Shown here in pieces: positions 37,916 through 50,450 of a stretch of DNA of 64,000 bases; the first letter of the stretch is position 1; the number at the start of each line of letters is the position of its first letter. The translations under genes and the position numbers were made by a program. The notes under the pieces were generated by a model, which was given only the letters and a program-made list of their open reading frames with translations, did not search any database and was not told where the DNA came from. Source of the DNA: Octopus bimaculoides (Eukaryota); assembly GCF_001194135.2 (NCBI RefSeq), contig NC_068997.1:3201579-3265578 (forward strand), read 5' to 3'.

Positions 37916-38794
37916 GTTGACGGTGTTAGTTCGACCGTGTTCGTTTACCGTCTTAGTTCGACATATCTGGGTCTAATAGTCGGTACGTTGGTTCAACAGG
38001 ATACTGAGTATCGTACCTACGTTCGAGTAATACAGAGTGCGTTCTGTGTTAACATATATGTCTGCGATAGGCTATTTTTAGATAGTCTCAACCAACTATT
38101 TATTTGTGTAATACCATTTTATACCAGACGTATATACCCACGTCATAACATAAGTGGAAGCTTTCCCGAAATATAATAGAAGATTTAAACAATCTATGTA
38201 TTAATAGAACGATATAATATCATGTCATTGCTTTATTTACAATCATCATCTCATATATTTTGGCAACTGCATTGCTTAAATGACATTTGTAAAATATATT
38301 AATGAAACAGTTTGCTGTACTAAGCCCCTCAATGACACAGCATTGACGGCATTCAAACTATCTATTTAACTGCAAACATTACAACATTTCGATTTTCTCA
38401 CCACATCGATTAAAAATCCACGCCAACACGCCACACATAAAGATTTGCTCGCGCGTAAGCACATAAACACATATGAGTACTATTTTCAGGTGTTTTACTT
38501 CTGTTGTATATTTAGATATTCGCCGTTTCTGTAAATGTTCTAATTTCGCCTCAAACATTTATTGAGTATACTCAATAGGAAAATAGGCTTCCAAAGAATG
38601 GGGAACTTTTGTGCTCCACTGGTTTATGTCATAGGTCCTATAAATATCCCGTGAATCTTTTCTGGTAAACATTCCTCTTCTCTCAAAATATCTATCAGGA
38701 AATTGATTTACCGCATCCAAAACAAATTCCCTGATTGCATGTCGATCTGGTATAACCAACATTATTAGTGGTTTATATATGGATATACACATAC

Positions 38795-38838
<44 letters not shown>

Positions 38839-38934
38839 GCTGCGGGCCGTTGCCTATAATTGCTGCTGAAGGTATATATCCTGAAATACAGGTTTCAAGA
38901 ATGGCACTGGTAACGGAGAGAAATAAATATTTTC

Positions 38935-39200
38935 AACGGCGTGGCTGTGTGGCAAACAAGCTTGCTTCTCTACTACATGGTTCTGGGTTCAGTCCCAATG
39001 CGTGGCACGCTGGGCAACTGTCTTCTACTATTACCTCGTGTCGAATAATGCCTTGTGAGTGGATTGGCTAAACGGAAAATAAAAGATGCCCGTCGTGGGT
39101 GTGTGTGTGTGTGTGCGAGTGTATGTACGTGTGTGCGTGTGTTTGTTCCTCATAGCCACTTGACAAACGGTGATGGTTTGTTCACATCCCCGTAATTTAT
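38935..39200 (+). mobile_element. SINE with internal (TG)n
   Basis: Head GGCGTGGCTGTGTGG...GGTTCAGTCCC...CTGGGCAACTGTCTTCTAC, a TG tract, and the start of the CACTTGACAAACGG tail. Confidence 0.7.
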
Positions 39201-39381
39201 ATATATATATCTTAGAATTGTATTCTATTCAATTATATTGTGTAGAATATGAATTGTGTTGCCAGTATTGTAGTTTTTTGTATTTCGTCTATCATGACTT
39301 CAAATCTGGTGCCGTGCTTATGGTTTAGGTCACATGACAGTAATGATAGTGGCGACAACAATAAGGACAGAAACAGCAAGG

Positions 39382-39485
39382 AGAAGAAGAAGAAGAAGAA
39401 GAAGAAGAAGAAGAAGAAGAAGAAGAAGAAGAAGAAGAAGAAGAAGAAGAAGAAGAAGAAGAAGAAGAAGAAGAAGAAGAAGAAG
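39382..39485 (+). repeat. (GAA)n microsatellite
   Basis: Directly visible. Confidence 0.95.
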
Positions 39486-39989
39486 GAGTGGATGTGGAAG
39501 GGGAAAGAGGCCGGAGGAGGAAGACTAAATCTCCAAGTCTTAGAGAATAGCGAAACATGGAAAGACAACAAAAGGAAACTTTGGAGCACTTTTCTTCGAG
39601 TAAAATAGTGGAATCACCAATACCCATGGAAACAATTTGGTAAAGAACTAATAATTTACAGAACAATGTGTGCAGAACAAATATAGGGGCAAGAATTATA
39701 TACCTGAAATGGTGGGTGTCAATCGCAAGAGATGATTTGGTACGACTGTCACACAGCGCTAAATTATTCTGACACCCCTAAGTCATATGTCTTCCCTTGC
39801 TTCATGTTATTAGCATATGCTTTTGCTTGTTTAATGGAGTTACTAAATAAGTTGATGTCCGATTTCTAATTGAAAATGTTCCAAGGCGATTTCAAAGGAA
39901 ATACATCAAAAAGACTAAGGTCATACTAATATCAGATTGGTATTAAACTAATATCATGCTATATCATAGCAGATAAACAAGGTGAACAG

Positions 39990-42287
39990 AATGAGAAGGC
40001 AAATGGAGGAGAATTTATGCTCTAGGTAGAGAAGAAAGAAGCGGATAGATACTGAAAATATAGGAGATACTAATTTATTGATCTATGCATGAGGTGTAGT
40101 AGTCACCATAAGATTAGACATCTCAGGAGAAAGATTTAAAAAAGAGCAAATATGGAAAAGGAGCCTACAAAATACAGTGAAGACTTTAAGACAAGATCTG
40201 AGTAAAATAGAAGCCTGAAAAACAAACAAGTTAGGAAACGCAAAATGCAAATCTTCCTTCGAGAAATGATACTTAGTCAAAGAGAAAGGGTTTGAGACAG
40301 TAATAGAAGAGTTGAAGCAGCGTATCACAGAAGTAGCAAGCAAAGTCTCCCGATATCAGAAAAGAATAGATCAGTATCAACAGAATAGATTATTTGAGAC
40401 AGACCAGGGGAGATTTTATAACCAAATAAATAGTGGAGAACAATGTACTGAAGATGAGAAACCTAATGCAGAAGAAGCTAGAAAGTTCTGGAATGATTTT
40501 TGGGATAAGCCGGTCAATCATAATGGAGATGCAGTATGGTTAAAGAAAGAGAGGGAAAAAGTAGTGAGTGAGAAGCAGCCAGACCAAAATTAACAAGCAC
40601 ATTAATGAGTAAACTGTTATAAAAAATGCCGAATTGGAAGCGCCCAAGACTAGATTTATTTCAAGGGTACTGGCTAAAGAAATTCAATAGTTTACATGAG
40701 AGGATGAGGGAACAATTTCAGAATTGCCTTAATGGAGGAATAATACCAGATTGGATGATTCGAGGGAGGACAATACTCATTACGGAAGATAAGAGCAAAG
40801 GTAATACAGCTAGCACCTATAGACCAATCACTTGCTTGCCATTAGTGTGGAAGCTGTTAACAGGAATGCTTTCAGAATTTACTACCAGAAGAATCGAAAG
40901 GTTGCAGGAAGAAGGCTAGAGGAACGCATGGTCCATTAGTATTAAGGGAGGCAAATGCAGGGTATCAGTTCAGAAATTGTAAGGATAGTAACCATTTGCT
41001 ATACATGGCTGATCTGAAGCTTTTTAGTGAGAATGAAAAAGAGATAGATTCCTTAATACAGACTGTAAGACACTTCAGCAAAGAACTCCGCTTATGCTCC
41101 AATCGAAGCTAAATGGCCGCTATAAGATTAGAGCAATTAACATGTGGATGGTTGCTTTGATGAGATATGGGGCAGGAATAGTATCTTGAAAGAAGAATGA
41201 ACACAAGAGATAGACCGGAGAACACTTAAATTTAATGACAATGAATAAGGAACTACATCCCAAGTGTGACGGGATTGGTGTGCTATGAAGATTGTGTAAC
41301 GGAAGAGGAGAATCGCCTGGCTTGGTATATCAAGGGGAGTAAAGAAGAAATTATTAAAGCTGTGAAAATGCAGGAAACCTTAAAAGTAAACGAAGCCGTA
41401 GATCCAACATGAGAGGCAAATGAAGAAAATTTGGCAGGACAAGAAAATGCACAGTCAGTTCTTGAAGTATAAAGATGGGATTGATTGGAATAGACCTGGC
41501 AATGGCTGCAGAAGTGAGACTTAAAAGGGCCTGCTGAGGCATTAGTGTGCAGTGCTCAAGAACAAGCTCTCACAACAAACTACTCCAAATATCACCTTGA
41601 TAAGAGCACTAACTCACCACAGTGTCGGATGTGCTCTCAGAAGGGAGAAAGTATAAGCCATATTGTTAAAGATTGCTGTAAGCTCGCATAACGCGAATAC
41701 AGAAGGAGACATGACAATGTGGCCAGATATGTCCACTGGCTGTTGTACGGTAAAGCAAGCCTCTAGAGATCTGAACAATGGTATGAACACAAGCCAGAGG
41801 GAGTAATGGAAAACGAACATTACAAAATACTCTGGGACTTTAACATACAGTGCGATCAAGTCAGTAAGGCGAGGCGGCCAGATATCGTGATCAACCATAA
41901 AGATGAAAAAGAAGCAAAGATAATAGATGCAATACCAGGCGATCCGAGGGTGAAATGTAAGGAAAGAGAAAAGTGTAAGAAATACCAGCCACCGTGGGAC
42001 AAAATAGGAAAGTTAATGAGGCATGAGTAAAGTAATGGTGATACCGGTGGTAAATGGAGCATTAGGAGCAGTTTCCAAGGGCTTTGAAAAGTATATTAAA
42101 AATATTGGAGCTGCTGTCAGGCTCGAAGTGATCCAGAAGACAGCATTGTTGGGTACAGCTCATGTTCTAAAGAGAGTATTGCTTCTTTGAGTGACAGGAA
42201 AATACACTACTTGAAACCTTTGGTGAATTGTTATCGTCTGCTTTCAAGTAAAGAACAATCGGAAATTAGGAATTATCCGAGAGTTTT
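39990..42287 (+). mobile_element. R4/Dong-like RLE non-LTR retrotransposon copy 1 (decayed, internal deletions)
   Basis: TNLLIYA, WKRSLQN...EELKQRI..SRYQKR..QNRLF, MPNWK..DLFQGYWLKK, YRPITCLPLVWKLLTG, NHLLYMADLKLF (YMDD-like), CRMC..ESISHIVKDC...RRHDNV (CCHC + RHD) and KILWDF..ARRPDIV (RLE)...IQKTALLGTAHVLKRVL, then a short 3'UTR and (TAA)n. Confidence 0.9.
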
Positions 42288-42433
42288 TAATAATAATAAT
42301 GATAATAATAATAACAACAACAACAACAACAAAGAAGAAGAAGAAGAAGAAGAAGAAGAAGAAGAAGAAGAAGAAGAAGAAGAAGAAGAAGAAGAAGAAG
42401 AAGAAGAAGAAGAAGAAGAAGAAGAGGAGGAAG
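42288..42433 (+). repeat. Compound (TAA)n(CAA)n(GAA)n tract
   Basis: Directly visible between the two R4-like copies. Confidence 0.95.
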
Positions 42434-43887
42434 ACTAGTTAAGAATAGCAACAGCACACTAGATAAAGCAAATGAAATAAGAGAATTAGACCAAAAGCTG
42501 ACATGCAAATACTTAGGAATCAATGAACTAGATAGGATGCAGCACACACAACTGAAAGGGAAAATCAAAAAAGAAAAGTATAGACGAGTTAGATTAATAC
42601 TGAAAACAGCTCAATGCGGAAAACAAGATAATAGGTATCAACACTCTAGCCGTCCCAGTTATAAGTTACGGCTACAATATTCTTAACTGGATTCTAAATG
42701 AACTAATCAAAATAGACAGGAAATCAAGGAAAATAATGACTGGATTTAGGATACACTGACTGGGAAACGTTATATATGCAACGTATAGAAGGTGGTAGAG
42801 GCCTTATACATAGGATTACAAAAATATCTATTTCAGAAACAAAGAAAACTATTATAAATAACCACAAAATATGAACAAAACAAAAAAAAACTGTTTTCAG
42901 TCTTTAAGGAAGCTATCAAATACAAACAAGAAGTCATACTACCTAACAACTGTGAAGAAAAAGGAGAAACAACAAAAGCTGTAAAACAACTGAAATTCAA
43001 ACTAAAACTGGAACAGCAACGCATCATGATAAAGCGATGGCAAAAAAAGCCCCTTCAAGGCAAATACTGGGTTAAAATAAACGCAAAACAAATAAACAAA
43101 ACACAATCCTAACAATGGCTGAAAAGCTCAAGATTCAAAGCAGTGATTGAAGGATTTTTAATTGCAGCATAAGACCAAAGCCTCCCTACCAGAATTTACC
43201 AAAAAGATATAATGAAAAGAAACATAACAACTGCAGAATATGTGGAGATGGAGAAAAAACAATAAACAATATTGTCTCTGGCTGCTCAGTCCTGGCTAAG
43301 AAGAAAAATATTCACAGGCATGACAGAGTTGGGACCTATATATACTGGTGTCTATACCAATACTATGGAATATCAACAGAAAAAGTTGGTATAGGCACGC
43401 GCCACAAAAGGTCACAGAAAGCAACAATACTATGGGATATGCCAATGTACACAGATAAAGAAATTAAGGCCAAAAGGCCGGATATAGCTGTCAGAGATCA
43501 TCAAGAAAAATGCTTTCTAATCGATGTATCAATACCAGCAGATGACAACGTTTTTCTAAAAGAAATGGAGAAACTTTCAAAATACAAAAACCTGGAAAAA
43601 GAGGTAACTCGAATGTGGAATCTAAAAACAGAAACAATTCCTATCATAATAGGCGCATTAGATATGAGGAAAAAAATGTCCAGACAAATACATAACAAAA
43701 ACACCAGAACTAACAAATATATATATAACATGCAGAAAATAGCACTACTAGGCACCGCACACATCCTACGTAAAACACTTTCAATACAGTGACCATAAAG
43801 AGCATCACAACAAACCACAGCACATACCCAAGACACACAGAGCTGCGCTCAGTAGTGAAGTGAAAGCACGTGATAAAAATATGACTA

Positions 43888-43890
<3 letters not shown>
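42434..43890 (+). mobile_element. R4/Dong-like retrotransposon copy 2 (5'-truncated: RT thumb, CCHC, RLE)
   Basis: TCKYLGINE, NKIIGINTLAVPVISY, EGFLIAA*DQSLPTR, CRICG..RHDRVG and WDMPMYTDKEIKAKRPDIAVRD..FLIDVSIP..EKLSKYKNLE..MWNL..IPIIIGAL..QKIALLGTAHILRKTLS*. Confidence 0.9.
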
Positions 43891-43961
<71 letters not shown>

Positions 43962-43973
43962 CAACAACAACAA
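43891..43973 (+). repeat. (AAT)n(AAC)n tail
   Basis: Directly visible. Confidence 0.95.
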
Positions 43974-44319
43974 AGGAAGTAAGAGGGGAGGTGGCAGTTG
44001 AAGAGGGGAAGAGGATGTGGGGGAGGAGGACTAAATCTACAAGTCTTGAGAAAAAGCGAAACATGGGAAAGCAACAAGGAAACTTTGGTGCACATTACAT
44101 CGAGTAAAAAGGATGGAATCAATAATACCCATGGAAACAAAGAGTTAATAATATACAGAACAAAAAATAGGGGCAATATAAGGGTCCCGAAATGGTGGGG
44201 TCAGTCACAAGAGGTGGTACTCTGCGTTCTGACGATTCTGCCAGCTCGCTGTCTTATTCACGACAACATTGTTAAGCACAATAAATATATTGTCTTCAAA
44301 GAAACAAATATTTAGGATT

Positions 44320-44680
44320 CTAAGACTGAAGGAATTTTCAGCGTAGCACAAGATGAAGGCCAAAGGATTTAAAGAATGTGAATAAAGCAACTGTAAAATG
44401 TTTGAAGATTTGGAACAGAACGAAACCGCATTAGTCCTAAATGTCCAGTTTTAACTAAGAAAGTTACATCTTAAATCCTAGTCAAGCTGGAAGTCACGTG
44501 AGCATTATGAAATGCCAACAACAAGTGGTGGTATGCTTCTACATCATAAGGTGTCTCAAAGATTGCGAAAAGTGATCATAATTTGGGATATACCAACAGA
44601 TACTGGCAAAGAGGTCGAATCATAAAGATTATATTTTCTTATTCGAATCATCAGCCACAACTGATCGTAACGTATCTATA
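44320..44680 (+). mobile_element. Highly decayed third R4-like C-terminal fragment
   Basis: EGIFSVAQD, ISPKCPVLTKK and IIIWDIPTDTGKEV resemble the AAQDQ, HxxxxC and LWD..TD motifs of copies 1-2. Confidence 0.5.
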
Positions 44681-44769
44681 AACGAAATTGAATGTGTAGG
44701 TTGAAAGCAGAAACCAAAATTGTAATAATCCTTTCTATTATAGACACAAGGCATGAACTTTTGGGTATG

Positions 44770-44955
44770 GGAAGATATCGATTACATCGACCCCAGTACT
44801 CAACTGGTATTTATTTCATTGACCCAATGCTCAACTGTTATTTATTTTGTTGGCCCTAAAGGACGTTAGGCAAGTTTGACCTCGGAGTGAAGACGGACGA
44901 AATTCCACTAAGGATTTTGTCCGGCGCGCTAAAGATTCTGCCAATTCGCCGCCTT
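44770..44955 (-). mobile_element. SINE (GGCGG-headed family)
   Basis: TCGATTACATCGACCCCAGTAC...GACGGACGAAAT...GATTCTGCCAATTCGCCGCCTT. Confidence 0.75.
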
Positions 44956-45636
44956 GTCAAACCTAATAACAAATGCTATTTATATGATGAAAACGAAAAC
45001 AAAGCATGCAGACAAGCCTTGGGATTTATATATGAGCGCAACATAGAGAAAGTAGTAATACTAGGAGGTGTACATATGATACACAGAGTATTTTGAATAC
45101 AATACAACTAACGAAACAAAAACAATACAAATCCTAAATATATGACCCACAGAGCTGCAGTCGATAGTACATTGAAAGCATGCAATATCAATTAGACTAC
45201 TGACTAATTATATTGAAATAACTATTTTATTAATTATATTATTAATAATAGAGAGGAAATAACAAAATGGCTGATGCTAGAAATAATTTTAATAAGTTTG
45301 TCACGAATTGTCAATTATCGTCTCTGTAGTTGTCGCTAGCTGTGAGGTATCAGTAAATATATTTTGTAGACTACTTGATCGACGAGACGAAACTTCGAAG
45401 TAAAGTAAATACATTTGTTGTTAAATCGGCAGAAACCAATTTTGTATGCATGCGATGTACTACATGTGTTCATGTATGTAAATGCATATAAGTATAGATA
45501 TAATGTGTGTGTGTGTGTACAGACATACATGCATATGTATATACATATACATATACATACACATGTATGTATATGTATATATAGATATGTATATGTATAA
45601 ATATGTATATGTATAAATATATAAATATGCATATGC

Positions 45637-45687
<51 letters not shown>

Positions 45688-46965
45688 CATATATGTGTGT
45701 GTGTGTGTGTGTATGTGTTTGTGTGTGTGTATTGACGGAGAGGCGATAAGAGAAAAATTTTTGAAAATATTCCACACAAATAACGAGATACAAAAAGAAA
45801 CAATAAAGAAGAAAAAGTGGATAATCTCTTTTCAATAAATTATTCCAATGTATATTATTACTATCAAATTGTTTCAAAATACATAATTACGTATTCCCAA
45901 ATACTTTTTTACAAACCGGTTTCTCTTCCAGTGATCGGTAGTCATTGAAATATATGAATAATGTCTTGCTGTTAGTTAAGTTAGACTTTTGTGCGTCAAG
46001 CGGAAATGATTTTGTTATAGATACACCAAGTTACAAAGAATTCAACGCTATGTATTTTAAATAACTTAAATTTGATGTAAATATATTAGGTAATACTGAA
46101 GTAAACTTAATGTACTTTCCATATTCAAAGGGGGCTAGACAAATATATTTTCACAAAGGTTGAAATCTAAATTAAAAATAGATATCAGTTAATCATATAT
46201 ATATAGATATAAACATGATTTAAATTTTCAATAAAAATATTTCTTTATAAATTCTCAGTGACTTTATTGTATCCTCCACTAAATTTGGCTGCCTGATCTA
46301 AATGTTTGCACACCAATTTAAATGTTTGCTGAGTGGAATTTTTCCTGTATAGGTCGCGAATGATTTTACCGGTGAACCTTCATGGCCAATGTAATTTTCA
46401 CCAAATCCTCAGCGAATTATCATGTAATTGGATTTTCCAGGCAAGTATGGAAAATTATACATTAAAATTTTGTCCTTATTTGAAATGATACTCTGAATCT
46501 TGGAATATATGAATACAAATTACACAATTTGATCTTCCACACATATATCCCGTATTATAAGTGGCATTTGATGAAAGTATTTCTTTAGAATAATGGTGCT
46601 AATTTTGTGTGGTATAAGAGACGGAAGGACAATAACAGAAGTAACATAGGTAAGTACCAGTTGAATTTTGGGAGTCGATATAATCGACTTACCCCTCTCC
46701 TGAAGCTGCTATTCTTATGCTAAAATTTGAAACCGATATGTATCTTCTGTAGTAAAATTGTTTTAGTTTCAACACACGGTCTCATTTCTTATCACTTTAC
46801 AAGACAAGTACATCTTCGAATAAATTAAAATTTTTTCTCGAATTTTCAATCAAAATACAGTTGGAAACCAATGTTTTTCAAAATATACTCATTAAGAGTA
46901 AAGAAGGGATGATGAAAAGATTATAAATGAAAGTCAACTTAAATATACATATCAGTATATACAAG

Positions 46966-47039
<74 letters not shown>

Positions 47040-47226
47040 CGAATATATTTATGCTCTAAATTTGCACGTTGAATGCTGGTTCTCTTGTATGCCCCACCAA
47101 ATCTATACACACCATACACACAAGCAGATACATATGTACGTGTGTGTATATATTTGGGCGTGTCTACATATTTATGTACAGTCTCTCTCTCTCTCTCTCT
47201 CAAAGCAACGTATTTTGACTTTAAAA

Positions 47227-47288
<62 letters not shown>

Positions 47289-50200
47289 TAGAAAATTATG
47301 TTCCCCAAATATCTCCCGTCTTTGAACGCTTTCTTTTACTTCCCTTCCGTGTGCGGCCATTGTTAGTGTGTCAGTTGGTCAATGGATAGAGAAGGTAGAG
47401 GTAGAGGACTTTCTGGACGCATTTCATATTTGAACGCCATGTTCAATACACGGAGTCGGATTATTGATAGACAGAGAAACATTGAGAAAGTGCAGCATAG
47501 TTTATTCTCGTTGAAACTTTGATTAACAACTACTTAAGATATACTCCGTCTTATCTTGACCACGTGAGAGTCTGTCAAGTCAAATGAAATCCAAGGGACA
47601 TGACCAACAGTAAACCACTCTTATGGTCTGTGGAGAAGGAGATATTGATTGTGCGTTCAACAATGAAAATTCTTCACCATTATCCAATTATTCAGTGGAA
47701 GTCTATTTTAGGGATGTTATCAAGAATTGGTGACTAATACCACCCACAGAGCTACAATGAAATATATATCTCTTCTTATGTGCCTACTGCGACGGTTTTA
47801 TATCTGAGCTTTTTCTTTTCGTTTATTTTTCTCTCATTCTTTCTATTATTTCTGTCGTTTTATTCGTATCATGTAAGAACGTTTTTATATATACTTTCAA
47901 TTCGTCTTTTATTTACTGTTATTCTTTCATTCTTTCATTCTTTCTTTACTTTTATTTCCCTCTGGAGTGATTTTTCAATTGAAAAGCTGAAAGACATTTT
48001 TCAGTGCTACGGTTGAACAACAGGAATGTAATCAATCAATAGTATCATTGATTGACCGATAAATTGATTTTACAATTGTTTGACAGTCATATAAGTTAGA
48101 GTAATCTTATTTGAGAATATAATGTAGACTTAGCTGCTTTGTTCAAGAAATTTCAGAAAAGAGTAGAGCGGCGAGTGTTTGGGTGGCAGTTTTATTCTCT
48201 TCGGTTTTTCATATATTCTTTGGCTTTATAAGATAATTCACTAAAAACCTACGACTGTGATATCACAACAGAAAAGCAGATTTTGTGATATTAAAGTGGA
48301 ATAATCTTTGTAATAACACTTCATCAAAACCACAAACAACTTCCTCCCACAATACAATACAAATCAACAAACAAAACTATAGAGCGAAACACATAATACA
48401 CAGATCCGCCATATTAGGGTGAGACTGTTTCATTACTTTGTTCCAGAGAAAGAAAATGTTAAGTTGAAAATTCTTTTTCGTTGAGTGATGGTTTTTGTTT
48501 TCAAAGAATATTTCTGTCTTTGACATTATCTTGTCAACATATCGTTTTATTTTTCTTCTGATTATCTTGTAAAATATTTAAGACAATCGATTTGATTAAT
48601 AAATACCTCATTGGGGAACATAATAATTATTTCTCTACAATTATGTTCTAAAATGTGTTTTAAATTATACTTTAATAAAGATTTATTAAATTATATTCTT
48701 CATTTAGTCGTAATAAATTTGATTTTATCACCTCTTTAGCATCGGTAATGGTGTGTGTGTGGTGAACAAATAAAGAAACAGACAATGATTGAAAAACAAA
48801 GTGTTATTCTTTATTGAAGACATTAAAAACTTCTTCAAATTTTACTGTTCATAGACACATTGAAATCTACAGATAAACCAAATTGGCAATATATAATCGT
48901 TTGAAAGGTTATCATTTCAAACACTAACCCGTAACAGAACGCTACATTTATATCCGACATATTTAGCACTCGTGTGCCTGGTTCAGCGTAGTGACAACAG
49001 TAGTAACGTTGTCAAATTGTCAGATGGTTTCTTTGTCTCCACTATGAAATGGATTCTCTTCTGTAGTGTGGTAACAAGACATTATTGTTCTGCTGTACAC
49101 TACTTACATCTCTATAAACCCAAGGTTACCAGTATACCATGAGAGTAGCCATAAAGATTCGCTCACAAAGAGAAAATAAGAAGGGTAAGAATTACAGGGA
49201 GGTTACAAAATTGGTTAAAGATTAACTTATTTCATCATTCCTAAACTGAACAAATGTGTGAATACATAGTATGAATTCCAAAGTATATAGCCCTTTTGAG
49301 TACACAATATAAATTTTAAGCTATATATATNNNNNNNNNNNNNNNNNNNNNNNNNNNNNNNNNNNNNNNNNNNNNNNNNNATATATAGTATATATATACA
49401 TATAATATATACATATATATATCTATATGTGTGTGTGTGTGTATGTATGTATATATATATATATATATTTGTGGTAGGGTGTATCTATGTATCTATGTAT
49501 TTGTTATCGACCGGACATACACAATGTGTGTGTTTTGCTTGTTCACTGGGTCACTGTCGCACAACGCTTTGGGGACCACTCCATCATAGCATTGTGTGTT
49601 AAAAAACCTGAAAGTTATAGACAGGGGAGATAACTCGCTCCCAATTCCATTCGGGAATGATGTATACTGATATTTCACCAATTTTTGTGGCTTTTCAACA
49701 TCACCTGAATCGAACCGGTGACGAAAAGAATCGCCAGTCTATGACTATATACAAATGGTATGAAATTCATTTACCACAGCGATGCATATATAAGATGAAT
49801 TCAATTAAAAATTAAAAGCAGAGCATAATATACATATTATGTAGTTGTTCGTTATGGCCAGTCAGAAAGTTATCATTGATTTCGCGTCTTTAATTTACTC
49901 TTAGCGATATAGGCGACACATCAGATCTGCTGGTCCGAGGGCACAAAACAAATTTATTAATGGATGTAAATATATAATCTGGGTCAGTAATGTTGTGAGA
50001 AAAAATAACGCCTGAAACGAAATTCTTCGAAGTGAAAACTTCTGTACTTTGAACGGTTCCTGTTGAGTCTGAGAAGGGTAAATTTATGTACTATTTCCAT
50101 TCAACTGTAACTGTAAAACGAGCTATATATAAACGAAAGAACTGTTAGAACTATTAAAAGAAACAAGGAGAAAATTAGAGTTACCATATTGGTTGGAGTT

Positions 50201-50323
50201 TCAATAACATTTAATACATATTGTACGTATGTAGTTACATTGTGGAAATAATGAGAAAAGCTCTACTATTTGGGATTCAAGAGAAACATAATATTATGTC
50301 TTATAAGAGATTCTATACGTGAT

Positions 50324-50370
<47 letters not shown>

Positions 50371-50418
50371 CGAGAGAGAGAAAGAGGATAGATAGATAGA
50401 TAGATAGATAGATGGATG

Positions 50419-50450
<32 letters not shown>

